From assembly GCF_001194135.2 (NCBI RefSeq), contig NC_069010.1, forward strand, positions 275,958 through 317,195: a DNA stretch of 41,238 nt, written 5' to 3'. Position numbers and translations under genes: made by a program. The notes under the pieces were generated by a model, which was not told where the DNA came from, did not search any database, and saw nothing but the letters and a program-made list of their open reading frames with translations. How positions within the stretch are numbered: position 1 is the stretch's first letter; every line of letters starts with the position of its first letter. This document shows, in pieces, positions 1 through 12,400 of this stretch. The stretch comes from Octopus bimaculoides. Taxonomy: Eukaryota.

Positions 1-109
1 TTAAAAGACCGCTTCCTTCAAATCTTCCACCGGTTCTTTTGCCTAATTCCATCGATGTTATTGGATTAGATTTGTTTTTCTATAGGGAGCCCGGTGTAGC
101 ACATCCATG

Positions 110-238
<129 letters not shown>

Positions 239-552
239 ATTGCCTAATGGTAAGGTAATGGATTGGGAAACAACATCAGACGAAATATCTTACATCTCTC
301 TAAGTTTTATGTTGAAATTTCTGCAGGGTTCTCTTTTGGGTTTTCACACTTTCTAGGTTCGATAACCTAAAATACCATTCATGTACTGACATTGATATAG
401 TTAACCATATACTACCATCCTGCAAAACAATATCTATTTAAGACCTAATGTCAAGATTAGAAATTATTAATCTGTTGTTGTTGTCATTATTATTATTATT
501 ATTATTATTATTACTACTACTACTACTACTACTACTATTATTCCTCCTATAG

Positions 553-697
553 GCAATGGCTGCTCTGTTACACTACTTCCTTTTAACATCTCTCATGTGG
601 ATGTCTTTCGAGGCTATTCATGTCTTCATGTGCATAGTTATGATATTCAGAACATATCAGACATCTTTTATGAAGTGGAGTTCAATTTTGGCCTGGG
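553..697 (+). CDS. Internal exon of an adhesion/secretin-class (7tm_2) GPCR: TM3-ICL2-start of TM4
   Basis: Acceptor ctatag|GCA and donor TGG G|gtatgt; 145 nt, phase 0 to 1. Translates AMAALLHYFLLTSLMWMSFEAIHVFMCIVMIFRTYQTSFMKWSSILAW(G), matching the adhesion-GPCR TM3 motif AALLHYFxLxxxxWMxxEA and TM4 start xWG. Confidence 0.93.
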
Positions 698-745
698 GTA
701 TGTATAACGGTTTTCTGCTTTTCTGCCACTAAGTGTATTTCTTAC

Positions 746-829
746 ACACACACACGCACGCACGCACGCACACACACACACATACCCACACACACACACA
801 CACACACACACAAACAAACAAACAAACAA
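746..829. repeat. (CA)n/(CACG)n/(CAAA)n microsatellite
   Basis: Visible simple repeats. Confidence 0.9.
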
Positions 830-1049
830 AACCAACCCTTTTTCGTTATTTCATTTTTGTATTTGAGAATTACTTGACGTGAAAAGGTTCACATGAATGA
901 TTCGAACTCAGTATATCTCTCGATCTTATTTATTTTATTGAACCAAAAATGTTGAAGAGAAACGTTTACATAGACGGGAATTGAACTCTGGGTTTTAAGC
1001 TAAACCCTGCAAACCATGTCCCTTAGCATTATTTAAGAGGATGTTATTC

Positions 1050-1293
1050 TTATTCTTTATTGCCCACAAGGGGCTAAACATAGAGGGGACAAACAAGAAC
1101 AGAGAAACGGATTAAGTCGATCACATCGATCCCAGTGCGTAACTGGTACTTATTTAAATGACCCCGAATGGATGAAAGGCTAAGTCAACCTCGGCGGAAT
1201 TTGAACTCACAACGTAGCAGCAGACGAAATACTGCTAATCATTTCGACCAGCGCGCTAACGTTTCTGCCAGCTCGCCGCCCTGGCAGAATAAC
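1050..1293 (-). mobile_element. tRNA-derived SINE with 19-bp target-site duplication
   Basis: Minus strand has ggcggcgagctggcagaaacgttag (A-box-like) and gagttcaaattccgccgagg (B-box-like); same family at 13952, 33260 and 37325/39208. Flanked by atttaagaggatgttattc at 1031-1049 and 1294-1312. Confidence 0.85.
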
Positions 1294-2696
1294 ATTTAAG
1301 AGGATGTTATTCATTTGGGCTTCCGTTTATTTTTCTCCTTTTTGACTGTATTATTCTCTTCTAATTATACAAGGAACATTGACAATCATATCTAGCACAG
1401 AGCACTATGTCCTCAATCCTTTACATCAGGACAAATCTTACAATATTTAAAAACACTTTTCAAGATTGAAATTAAAATCCCATTGCTTTAAACAACCTCA
1501 ATCTTGATGACAAATCTGACTCACAGTAAAATCCAAAAGCATTGAACCGTGAGTGAAAACATCCCTTTACTCACTGTTGTACATTAGTGCTACTCCAGAA
1601 GTGATTATGTAGACATATACTTTAAAATGTTCTATGACTACCTTGTCTATGTATCAAACATTATTCTATGCAATTTGATTTTCCAGTTTATTAGACTGGA
1701 GAATGGGATCTAAAGAAATTTAGCTGCTATTTCTAACACATCGAAGAAAGTATAGAAACTTAGACCTCTTTTGAGAAGGGATTAAATCCATGACAATTTA
1801 AATATTGTAGTATTATTATGTAACATACGAAAATGTCCAGGTTGTGATAGATGACTATTTATGGTAAGTTGAAAGTGGAGCGAGATATTGAAGAAAAGTC
1901 GAGAGGAACCCACGACAACATAGACTGGGAGATTTGGTGGGTTCACATCAAATGTGAAACATTCTTAGGTGATACTTCCGTTTAGGTGAAGTAAGGAGAT
2001 AACACAATAGATTTAAGTCCGTCAACAAATAATCAAATCTCTCCTTCACTCGGTCTTCTTATTTGTATAATTTCATGCAGATTCCTCATCTTGATTTCAC
2101 AAATAATTCAGATAAGATATGAGGTAGTGGGCCAAATATTATATTAAGTCAAAACCACTTAAAAAATATTTTGTTGTCGCTGTTTCACTTCAGATAAATT
2201 CTGCAGATTCATAAGTAAATGATGTTCTTGATTTAACTATCCCCTCTTTTCAGATATAGTTTATCTTAGGTTGCATAATCCAACATGTCATTCTTTTTCT
2301 TGAATGCAGTAAACTATTATTCCTGAGATATTAGGTTGTTATTTCTAGCAGACCAATTGTCCATATAGGTGTACCCTCTTGGCAATATTTGCACTTCTGT
2401 CATAAACTAAGGAAAAAAAAATGTTTTACAGGTTGCCACAAAAAGAAAAGTTGTTTTAACATAACCTGAAACAAGGAAGATATCAATTAGCTAAATAACT
2501 TAATGAGTTGTGGAATGAGATATTTATTTTAACTTGATCAACATAGTGGTTCAGTCAAGAATAAAGACAGATGAATAATTTGATTCCTATCAAAAAATGT
2601 AATGACGGGTAAATATTCATGATTTGGGATGGAATAGATTGGTAAATGTTGAAATACCTACAAATTTATTTTGATTTCTGTAAATATTGTTGCCAG

Positions 2697-2769
2697 GCCT
2701 TCCAGCTGTCATTGTTCTAATTACCCTGGTAATTAACTACACAGACAATTACATCAAAACTGGACAAGT
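2697..2769 (+). CDS. Internal exon of the same GPCR: TM4-ECL2
   Basis: Acceptor tgccag|GC and donor AAGT|gtaagt; 73 nt, phase 1 to 2. Joins the previous exon (G+GC=Gly) to give WGLPAVIVLITLVINYTDNYIKTGQV, the canonical WGxPxxIV TM4. Confidence 0.9.
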
Positions 2770-3109
2770 GTAAGTATTTTTCTGTTTCGTTCACATAATT
2801 TTTCGTCTCATAAAGGACAAACTGTAAAGAGCCCCCACCAGACTTAAACGTTTATATGGAATTTGTTAGCACACTAGTGTCATAATGTGCCAGGTCAAAC
2901 CGATATGTAGTTTCTCATTGTTAAATAAGTTCTTCAAAGGCACATCAATGACCAATTGCAACCATAAACCTGAATTTAGTGACGAAGAGGTCAACGGGTG
3001 AACTTGTTATTAATTTGTCCTAGATTTGAATTGAACGGGAGATGTTCACTTGTAATAAATTCATATTCCTGCTGGGAATGTTTGTGTGTCGGTTTCGAAG
3101 TCTTATGAC

Positions 3110-3245
3110 TTTACAAACGAATAACTGGGCGTAAATATACGGATGGATGGAGACATGTGTGTAAAGAAGTGCCTGGATATCGAAATAAAGAAGAAATATG
3201 GGAAAATTGAAAGCTAAAGAAGACATGGGAAGAAATGGGAAAAAC
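3110..3245 (+). mobile_element. Degenerate C-terminal fragment of an RTE-like LINE
   Basis: Reads ...RMDGDMCVKKCLDIE... ending ...KTW, resembling the RTE C-terminal RMDxxxCVKKC...GRPxKTW pattern. Confidence 0.4.
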
Positions 3246-3949
3246 ATGAATTAATCTCCCCATTCAGGCACAAAATTTTGCAAACACTAAAACATATGAA
3301 ATTAATTTTTTTTATCTATTGGTTAAATATAAAAATAGCTCACCACCTTCCTTATCCAATTTCAACTTTCACCATAAACCACCTCAAAATACGCATAAAA
3401 ATTTGTTGTACAGTTATATACTAAATAGGTCCTGCAGAAATGATTTAAGACTTCCCAAATTTTTAGCCAAATTTCCAATAAAAAGTGCACTCACCTTCAA
3501 ACACACCCATGCATATATGCGAGGAGGATAGAAGCTTAATCTGATATGGAATTTCTTACTCATTTATTATGTTTAGTTTTTGCACATTTTAATAAGTCTA
3601 AACAATATGTTATTTGATGAAGAAATATCGATGAAAAATAGCCTACAAACTTCAGTTTCCTGAACACAAAGGTTAAAATTTCGAAATAGCAAGTAAAGAA
3701 TTTCCAGACAATGACCCCTAGAGACAAATATGCTGACCAATAACATTTACAACTTGCTACAGCTTCTTATGAACATTTCCGATTAACACAGTTTCCTTAC
3801 TAATAACACTATGACCTGCTTAAGTGATACACAAAACCACCCCATTATAAACCAGAGGAAAACCTTAAATAATGCCAGCCTGCCAACAAATTAAAGCTTA
3901 CCAATAACTTACATTCTTTTATGAATCCTTAAAAACTCATTCCCCAAAA

Positions 3950-4836
3950 GTTAACATACCCAGTCATCATCCCGAATTACAAAGGTTTTAATACTGGATT
4001 GAACTTTGAGATTTAATCTTTAAATTCACAACCCAAATCGTTAAATATCCCATTAGTGTCCAAATAAAACCAGCAACGACAAAAGTGAGTGAAACTCTTA
4101 CTGACCTCCATTAGTAACTCATACTTTCCCATGTGTTCATATCTTTTATCTTTCACTTTATTATCTCTTGGAAGACAAGTATCAATAATTTGACCGCCTT
4201 TTGCTTTCTTGTTGACAATATCATGTCTGGCCTTTTTGCCTAAGTCATTCTATCACATTGAAATAATGAAGTACCACCAAAACTTAAATTTGCCATTCTC
4301 TAATACCGCTTCTCGTTTCTGCCCATACCATTTAGCTGCTCTGCATACCATCCAATGTTTACATCTGGCAACAATATCAAGTAATCTTTTATTCATTCTC
4401 AGTGCTAATTTATTACATTCGCTTACAAGTTGGCAGACCATTTCTCCTTTCGTTCAATACATTCTACATGATGGTGATTCTTTCGTTTGGTTATTATGAT
4501 GTTTAAATTCGGAGAGCCAGCTCCTGGCTGCTGCATATCAGAGATTCAGTGCTTCCTATCAGATCATCATTTCTAATCCACGACCAACTCTTATCCCAGT
4601 AAATGCTTAGTATAATGTCCATGCATAACTTTGTCCTTTCATTCCTTTTCAAGTTCTTTTTTTCACTCGCTTCTTGCATTTATTCGGTGTTACTTTTTCA
4701 GCAGATTTCTGTGTGTCACGCTCTTTTACTTCTGACATGTTGTTACCTTTACATTTTTTAGGCACCAAGCTAGCTTGTTTTCTTGTCACAGCTTATTAGT
4801 CCTGTACTTCCTCCTCTCTTGTTTCCAACATAAAGT
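3950..4836 (-). mobile_element. RLE-type (R2/R4/NeSL-like) non-LTR retrotransposon, 3' part: post-RT linker, Zn finger and restriction-like endonuclease; degenerate
   Basis: Minus-strand pieces QQLYVGNKRGGSTGLISC, STESLICSSQELALR, LVSECNKLA..., KWYGQKREAVLENGKFKFWW, RPDMI-like and IIDTCLPRD; many stops. The frame resumes at 9598 (HPKSD-like PKSD|V..LYV) across the Gypsy insert. Confidence 0.8.
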
Positions 4837-5201
4837 TGTTGTGTCGACACCCCCAGGCAAAGAAGTAGGATCTCCCGGGACATATAAATAGAGGTAGTTT
4901 TATCTTTAAAGGGGCAATCTTTCCACAAATGTCGCTCTCCGAAATCATAGCACCGTTTTAAATTTAAATCTTTCCTTCTTTGTATACTTTCTTTGCACAT
5001 TTGTACATTATCTTTGTCTTCTATTTTCCTTGTATCATCTCGCAGGTTTATTATTTGTTGGCATTCTTCAGCCACTTTCTGCAAAGTAAGTTTCACATCT
5101 TGGCCGTGGTAGGGGGTTGAGTAGCAGTCGAGTAGCAGTTGTGTAGCGATGGAGTAGAGATCATCCGAAGGTGCTAGATAGCAGTAGCGTGAGGCATAAC
5201 A
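4837..5201 (+). repeat. 5' LTR, interrupted at ~4899-5103 by an inverted gag copy
   Basis: TGTTG start, TATAAATA at ~4883, then gagtagcagtcgagtagcagttgtgtagcg...gagatcatccgaaggtgctaga...cataaca, matching 9510-9597. Confidence 0.65.
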
Positions 5202-5202
5202 G

Positions 5203-5215
5203 TGGCGACGAGGAT
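5203..5215 (+). promoter_or_regulatory. Primer-binding site (tRNA-Ser(GCT)-type); second copy at 5259-5269
   Basis: TGGCGACGAGGAT one base after the LTR end; complementary to the ...ATCCTCGTCG-CCA 3' end of metazoan tRNA-Ser(GCT) (recalled sequence). Confidence 0.75.
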
Positions 5216-5287
5216 TTCGTAGCTCACACAGCCACTGGGTAGTATTGCGATATAACAGTGGCGACGAGGTTTCTAATTGCACCAAAA

Positions 5288-5993
5288 ATGGAAGAGTTAC
5301 TGAAAGCAGTGGTGAAACAACAAGAGAGCAGCAGCAACTACAGAAGTTAACAGAATTGTTACTGCAGGCGAAAAATAGTATAGAATCATTTCCAGCAGAT
5401 GGTGTTGGAACTACTTTTGCTGCATATTACAGACGATACGAAGATACATTCCGAGAGGAATGCAAGAGATGGTTTAGTGAAAGGAAGGTAAGACTCCTTT
5501 TACGAAAGTTTGCTACTCCGGAACACCAAGGTTTTTGTAAATTTATTTTGTCGAGAAAGCCCGCGGAATTGTGTTTTGAGGAAACGATAAATATTTTGAC
5601 GAATATTTTTAGCGAGAAAAGTTCACAGTTTGACATTCGATGGGAATGTTTAGACTTAATGAAAAACGAGTCCGATGATTTTGTCACATATGCTGGTATG
5701 GTTAACAAGGCTTGCGAAAGGTTCAAGTTGAAAGAATTAACGCCATATATGTTCAAGTGTTTAATATTCGTTAAAGGGCTAGTGGCAACGGAAGACGCGG
5801 AAATTAGAAAAATAATATTATCAAAGTTGAACCAAGATGTGAAACTTACTTTGCAGAAAGTGGCTGAAGAATGCCAACAAATAATAAACCTGCGAGATGA
5901 TACAAGGAAAATAGAAGACAAAGATAATGTACAAATGTGCAAAGAAAGTATACAAAGAAGGAAAGATTTAAATTTAAAACGGTGCTATGATTG
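5288..5993 (+). pseudogene. Gypsy gag with an early frameshift; CCHC knuckle begins at the gap
   Basis: ATG GAA GAG TTA (MEELLKAVVKQQE) shifts frame into QQQLQKL...TFAAYYRRYED...KVRLLLRK...H..F...LKRCYD(C). Confidence 0.85.
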
Positions 5994-6735
5994 NNNNNNN
6001 NNNNNNNNNNNNNNNNNNNNNNNNNNNNNNNNNNNNNNNNNNNNNNNNNNNNNNNNNNNNNNNNNNNNNNNNNNNNNNNNNNNNNNNNNNNNNNNNNNNN
6101 NNNNNNNNNNNNNNNNNNNNNNNNNNNNNNNNNNNNNNNNNNNNNNNNNNNNNNNNNNNNNNNNNNNNNNNNNNNNNNNNNNNNNNNNNNNNNNNNNNNN
6201 NNNNNNNNNNNNNNNNNNNNNNNNNNNNNNNNNNNNNNNNNNNNNNNNNNNNNNNNNNNNNNNNNNNNNNNNNNNNNNNNNNNNNNNNNNNNNNNNNNNN
6301 NNNNNNNNNNNNNNNNNNNNNNNNNNNNNNNNNNNNNNNNNNNNNNNNNNNNNNNNNNNNNNNNNNNNNNNNNNNNNNNNNNNNNNNNNNNNNNNNNNNN
6401 NNNNNNNNNNNNNNNNNNNNNNNNNNNNNNNNNNNNNNNNNNNNNNNNNNNNNNNNNNNNNNNNNNNNNNNNNNNNNNNNNNNNNNNNNNNNNNNNNNNN
6501 NNNNNNNNNNNNNNNNNNNNNNNNNNNNNNNNNNNNNNNNNNNNNNNNNNNNNNNNNNNNNNNNNNNNNNNNNNNNNNNNNNNNNNNNNNNNNNNNNNNN
6601 NNNNNNNNNNNNNNNNNNNNNNNNNNNNNNNNNNNNNNNNNNNNNNNNNNNNNNNNNNNNNNNNNNNNNNNNNNNNNNNNNNNNNNNNNNNNNNNNNNNN
6701 NNNNNNNNNNNNNNNNNNNNNNNNNNNNNNNNNNN

Positions 6736-8876
6736 AGCGTTTGCGGCGTTGAAACAAGTTGAGAAGGAATTAAATCGATTGGAAGACCTGGAAGTAATTG
6801 AAAAAGTGGATTACTCGGAGTGGGCGGCTCCTACGGTATATATAAAAAAGGTAAGAGTATGTGCAGACTTCTCAACTGGGCTGAATGACTGTTTAAAAAA
6901 GTATTACTATCCGCTGCAAAATCCAGAGGAAATATTTGCCAAGTGCAATGGTGGGAAAATTTTTTGCAAGCTGGATTTGTCTGAGGCCTACCTCCAATTA
7001 CAGGTAGACGAAGAATGTGCTAAAGTATTAACAATTAATATTCATAATGGTCTGTACCGTTTCAAAAGACTGCCATTTGAGGTGAAGATTGCACCAGCAA
7101 TATTTCAGCAAGTAATGGATACTATGCTGGCAGATTGTGAGTTCGCGGTCCCCTACCTGGATGACATATTGATTAAAAGTGAATCAAGGGACCACCATAG
7201 TGAACATATAGAAGAGGTTTTCAAACGAATAAGTGATTATGGATTTAAAGTGAAGGAGGATAAATGTGAATTTCGTTTGACCAAAATAAAGTACTTAGGG
7301 TAGATGATTGATGAAAACGGACGAAAACCAGACACATCTAGGATTGACGCGATAAAAAAAATGCCTGCTCCCACTAACACAAAACAACACTACAAGTATT
7401 TTTAGGTTTGGTAAGTTATTACCAGTTGTACATACCTAAGAGTTCCGTTGAACAAATTACTAAAGAAGGACTCGAAATGGAACTGGACAAACGAATGTCA
7501 GAAATCATTCGAGGAACTAAAAAAGCGGTTAACTTCAGAGTTATCATTAACTCCTTTCAACCCAAAATTGAAAATAACTGTGGCATCGGACGCCAGTGAA
7601 TATGGCATAGGAGCTGTGATATTGCATAAATTTAATGCTGATAAAATCAAACCTATTGCACATGCATCGAGAGTTCTGTTGCCAGCGTAAAGAAACTACA
7701 GCCACATTGAAAAAGAGGCGTTATCATTAACCTTCGCAGTTAAAAAATTCCATAAATTCTTACATGGGAGGAAGTTTACACTGCAAACGGATCACCGACC
7801 GTTATTGTGTATTTTCGGTTCAAAAAAGGGTATCCCCACGCACTCAGCAGACCGCTTACAGCGTAGAGGAACTACTTTGTTGAACTACGATTTTCAGAAG
7901 GAGATTTTTGCCATCAATGAAAATGAGACACGCAGACGGGATGTTTAGGCTGATTCCAAAATATGAGGAACCCTTTGAAGACACGGTGATTGCATCGTTA
8001 AAACTAGAAAAGAAACTGAAGAACGTTTTGTGCAATGTAGTACGTGATTTGCCTCTAACGCTGGAAGAAATTAAATTGAAATCGTGAAATGATAGGTTTA
8101 TAAATAAGATTAGAAATATGTTGTGAAACACAAAAAATATAAATGTGCGGGACGTAGGTTCAAAGTACTATTCAGTATGTGATGAGATACTATTATACGG
8201 GCAAAGAGTGGTAATACATGAAGTACTGCAAAACAGAGTATTAAAAGATTTTCATGCTGGACATCCGGGGATTGTCCGGATGAAGAGCCTTATGAGAAGT
8301 TACGTTTATTGGCGAAATATGGACAAGCAAATTGAGAGACTGGTACAACAGTGTAGGGGATGCGCGATGGCAGCAAGGGCGCCCCCAGTGCATGTACAGC
8401 CTTGGCCAAAAACGGATTCGCTATGGTCTAGACTATATGTGGATTTCGCAGGACCATTAAATGGCTCCTATTGTATCATTGTGGTGGATAGCTATTCGAA
8501 ATGGCCTGAAGTGTGTAAATGTTCAAGGTCAACCACAAGTGTGACGATTGACTTCTTGGAAGAACTGTTCGCTCGGTATGGAGTTCCAGATACGATCGTG
8601 TCAGATAATGGGACACAATTCACAGCGAAGAAGATCAAAAGATTCTGTAAGTCGGTTCAGATGAAGCATGTGTTAAATCCGCCATGCCACCCAAGGTCAA
8701 ATGGAATACCGGAAAGATTCGTCGATACATTCAAGAGAGCTTTAAGGAGGACCAGACGGGAAACCTTTGAAGATACAAATATGACAAAGTTTTTGCAGGT
8801 GTATAGAATAACACCGAATCCAAATGCAAAGTCGGGTAGGTCACCCGTAGATTTGATGTTTTCCAGAAAAATTCGT
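6736..8876 (+). pseudogene. Gypsy pol: RT, RNase H and integrase, with stops and frameshifts
   Basis: RT WAAP..., KLDLSEAYLQL, YLDDILI; RNase H VASDASEYGIGAV, EKEALS; integrase HAGHPG..CRGC, VDFAGP, SDNG, ERF. Confidence 0.95.
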
Positions 8877-9421
8877 NNNNNNNNNNNNNNNNNNNNNNNN
8901 NNNNNNNNNNNNNNNNNNNNNNNNNNNNNNNNNNNNNNNNNNNNNNNNNNNNNNNNNNNNNNNNNNNNNNNNNNNNNNNNNNNNNNNNNNNNNNNNNNNN
9001 NNNNNNNNNNNNNNNNNNNNNNNNNNNNNNNNNNNNNNNNNNNNNNNNNNNNNNNNNNNNNNNNNNNNNNNNNNNNNNNNNNNNNNNNNNNNNNNNNNNN
9101 NNNNNNNNNNNNNNNNNNNNNNNNNNNNNNNNNNNNNNNNNNNNNNNNNNNNNNNNNNNNNNNNNNNNNNNNNNNNNNNNNNNNNNNNNNNNNNNNNNNN
9201 NNNNNNNNNNNNNNNNNNNNNNNNNNNNNNNNNNNNNNNNNNNNNNNNNNNNNNNNNNNNNNNNNNNNNNNNNNNNNNNNNNNNNNNNNNNNNNNNNNNN
9301 NNNNNNNNNNNNNNNNNNNNNNNNNNNNNNNNNNNNNNNNNNNNNNNNNNNNNNNNNNNNNNNNNNNNNNNNNNNNNNNNNNNNNNNNNNNNNNNNNNNN
9401 NNNNNNNNNNNNNNNNNNNNN

Positions 9422-9597
9422 CTGTTGAGTAGCAGTCGAGTAGCTGTTGAGTAGCAGTCGAGTAGCTGTTGAGTAGCAGTCGAGTAGCTGTTGAGTAGCA
9501 GTCGAGTAGCTGTTGAGTAGCAGTCGAGTAGCAGTTGTGTAGCGGTTGAGTAGAGATCATCCGAAGGTGCTAGAGAGCAGTAGCTTCAGACATAACA
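9422..9597 (+). repeat. Visible part of the 3' LTR, including 5 tandem copies of a 22-mer
   Basis: ctgttgagtagcagtcgagtag x5 (9422-9531), then sequence matching the 5' LTR end up to cataaca. Confidence 0.85.
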
Positions 9598-10440
9598 TCA
9601 CTCTTCGGGTTGATTTCATTATACACTGTCATCAGTTTTCTAGTTTTCCAGTTTTCCTATCAAACTTTCTAATTCCTCTTTCCTCCATTTAATAACGCTT
9701 TCCTCGTAACGTATGAGACACGGTCCATATATTCGTTGCTTGAATCTTATTCTGTCCATTCTATTTAGACGACATTAGAAGTCTTCTCTACTTGCAATAT
9801 TATTTTTTTAACAAATCCTTTATTCCTTTCTTTTTGATCTTCTCCGAATCAAACCCCACTTCTTTAATAATCTGGCCATTTGCAAGCGCGAATGTTTTCC
9901 ATGCTTCAAGGTTAAAATAACAATTTTTATCCAAAATTCCTGACTAAGTAGGTGTATAATAGATATGAAGCTGTCAATTTCGTACTCATTTTACGCAAAT
10001 AGTTTAAAATTATCCAGGAATAACGGATGGCAGATCTTAATGTAATCTAGCACAAATCCCATTTTGTCTTATCTAAGGAGTTGGTCAGGAGTATCATGTA
10101 GATGACAAATAAACGTGGCGTTAAGGTGTCTCCCTGAAATATACCACTTCATATGTTGACAGATTCTAAATATATTCCACACAATATTAACTGTTTTCCA
10201 GCTGGCCATCGATCTTTCTGAATGGCACCTGAATAAATTTCAGGCACTCTAATATCCAGCTGTGGAAGACAATGTTGTAAGCTTTCTAATAGTTGACTCT
10301 TGCTACCACTAAATTCTGGTCGTCTTTTATTACAATGTGCAAGCATTGTTTTAACAAAACATGTTAACCATTTGTACTCCTGCCGTTCCTTTTATACCCT
10401 ATCTGCTCTTACTCTAGAATTTTATTCTCTTGAAAGAACA
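9598..10440 (-). mobile_element. RT part of the RLE non-LTR element interrupted by the Gypsy
   Basis: Minus strand SGIFQGDT (~10125-10148), degenerate LDNFKLFA (YxDD region), ...KTRKLMT...PKSD at the junction. Confidence 0.75.
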
Positions 10441-10519
10441 TTTATTATAATAATAATAATGATAATAATAATAATAATAATTATTATTATTATTATTATT
10501 ATTATACACTCAACAGATT

Positions 10520-12400
10520 AGACTATTGGAAAAGGAAAGAATCTTAACATCCGGGCTACAGCAAGTAACCTTAGATGCCAAGAACCATCCTATTGGATTA
10601 CAGCAAGTAACCTTAGATGCTAATAACCCTCCTAAATATCTTAGATGTTCCTAATAACACTGTGTTTTTTTGCAGCTGTATTAAACTTGGTTTTCTGCCT
10701 ATTTCCTCTATCCGTCTGTTCAGATCTTTAGGGATAGTTCTCAGTGCACCTATGGCTTCTGGGATACATTTTACTCGCACTTTCCATAGCCTCTGTTACT
10801 CAATAACTTGGTCCTGGTACTTTGTTATTGTTTTCTATACTTCTCATATTAAGTCTTTCATCATTTGGGACGGACTCTAAAGTCCATTATCTGGCACTTT
10901 CTAGTCTCTTTATCAACTACTACCAAATCAGGCCTTCTAGCTTCTATTACCCTCTCAGTCTGTATGATAAAGTCCCACAACATTTTCTATTTCTTACGTT
11001 CTAGTACATTCTAGAACATTACTGTTCATACCATTTATCAATATTTCAAAACATAGCTTTTTACAAAGCTCCCATTGGGTTGCTCTCTCTAGATTGCCAT
11101 GTCTTTTCTTGCATTCTTTCTGTGCCAGAGTGTTACATTCACTTAGCACATGAATAGCGCTTTCCTCTTTTCATTTGCATAATCTACATTGGGAATCTAC
11201 TTGGTTTTTGTCTATCTTGGCTTTTATCCAATTTGTCCTTAATGCTGTGATTGGGCTATATTTGCTAGTTATTACCATTGTTCTTATCCATTCATAATGA
11301 GTATTGTCCTCCCTCTAGACATCCAATCTGGTATTATTGCTCCATTAAGAGGCAATCCTGAAGTCATTCCCTCAACCTCCCATGTAAACTACTGAATTTC
11401 TTTAGCTACTATCCTTGAACTAAATCTGGTCCTGGGCCCTTCCAATTCAGCATTTTTCCTAAAATTTTACTCATTACTGTACTAGTTAACCTTAGATCTG
11501 GCTGCTTCTCACTCACTACTTCTTCCCTCACTTTCTTTAATTAACTCTTCTATTATTGTTCCAAATCTTTTCTCTTTGACTAAGTACCTTTCCTCGAGGC
11601 AAGATTTGCATCTTGTGTTTCCCAACTTCTTCAGTTTCCAAGCTTCTATTCTACTCAGATCTTGTCTTAAAGTCTTCACTTTATTTTGTAGTTTCCTTTT
11701 CCACATTTGATCTTTTTAAAACTTTCCCTGTGAGGTATCAAATCTTCTGGTGACTACTACCCCTCCTGCATAAATCAATAAGTTAATATCTCCTATTGTT
11801 TTAGTGTCTATCCTACTGACAACAGAATCTACTTTCCTCGTCATTTCTTGTAGCTTCCTTTTGTTGGTGCTTTTAATGTTGGCAATCTTTTTTCTCATTT
11901 CTTTACTCATTACTTTCTGCAACTCATTTAAAATCTTCTGATCTTCTTCACTTAAATCACTTAGGTCGTTGGAGCCAGTTGTTGTTTTCTTATTTGTAAC
12001 GCTATTATTATTTTTTCTTTAGGTTCTTCTTTGGTTTGGGATGTATCAATGTTGTTGTTTGTCTTTCCTACTGCCTGGTCTTTCTTCTTCAGTTCTCTTG
12101 TGATCATTTCTACCTCTAATTCTGTTATACCCTTTCTTCTAATAGCATTAGCTTGACTAACTAATCTCTGCTCAGTCACTTTAAACATACCCTTCCCTAC
12201 TCAAAGTGTTAACATCCGTTTCCAATATCCCCTTCTTTTAGGTTCACTTTGTAAGTAGCACTGTATTACTATCCTGTTTTCTTTGCTGGTCCACTTCCTC
12301 GTCTTTGTTCCATTATCTGCTGATGCTGTATTACGATGACAGCTATGGTCAGTCTGCCTCTTAACTGATCCACTACTGCGCGAGAAGTCTTCTCTTAAAG
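10520..12400 (-). mobile_element. Second RLE non-LTR copy with most of RT deleted internally
   Basis: N-terminal WKRKLQNKVKTLRQDLSRIE; RT start NWKGPGPD..WMSRGRTILIM fused at ~11290 to ALRTNWIKAKIDK..CRLC..HVLSEC and the REL motifs LWDF..EARRPDLVVVDK..IGAL. Confidence 0.75.

Larger units (their letters stand above)
4837..9597 (+). mobile_element. Ty3/Gypsy LTR retrotransposon, degenerate, nested inside the RLE LINE
   Basis: Shared LTR sequence at 5116-5201 and 9422-9597 ending in CATAACA; PBS; gag, RT, RNase H and integrase in Gypsy order. The left boundary (TGTTG at 4837) is inferred and no TSD was found. Confidence 0.9.

Noticed and set aside
4770-5285. 171-aa minus-strand ORF as a separate gene
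   Set aside because: It is a chimera of antisense LTR, the inverted gag copy and LINE sequence.
5245-9560. Long X-containing ORFs here and at 14405-15208, 20709-21359 and 39177-40060
   Set aside because: Their lengths come from N gaps.
10557-10620. 22-bp direct repeat tacagcaagtaaccttagatgc x2
   Set aside because: It looks like local duplication in a LINE 3' UTR and brackets no insertion.
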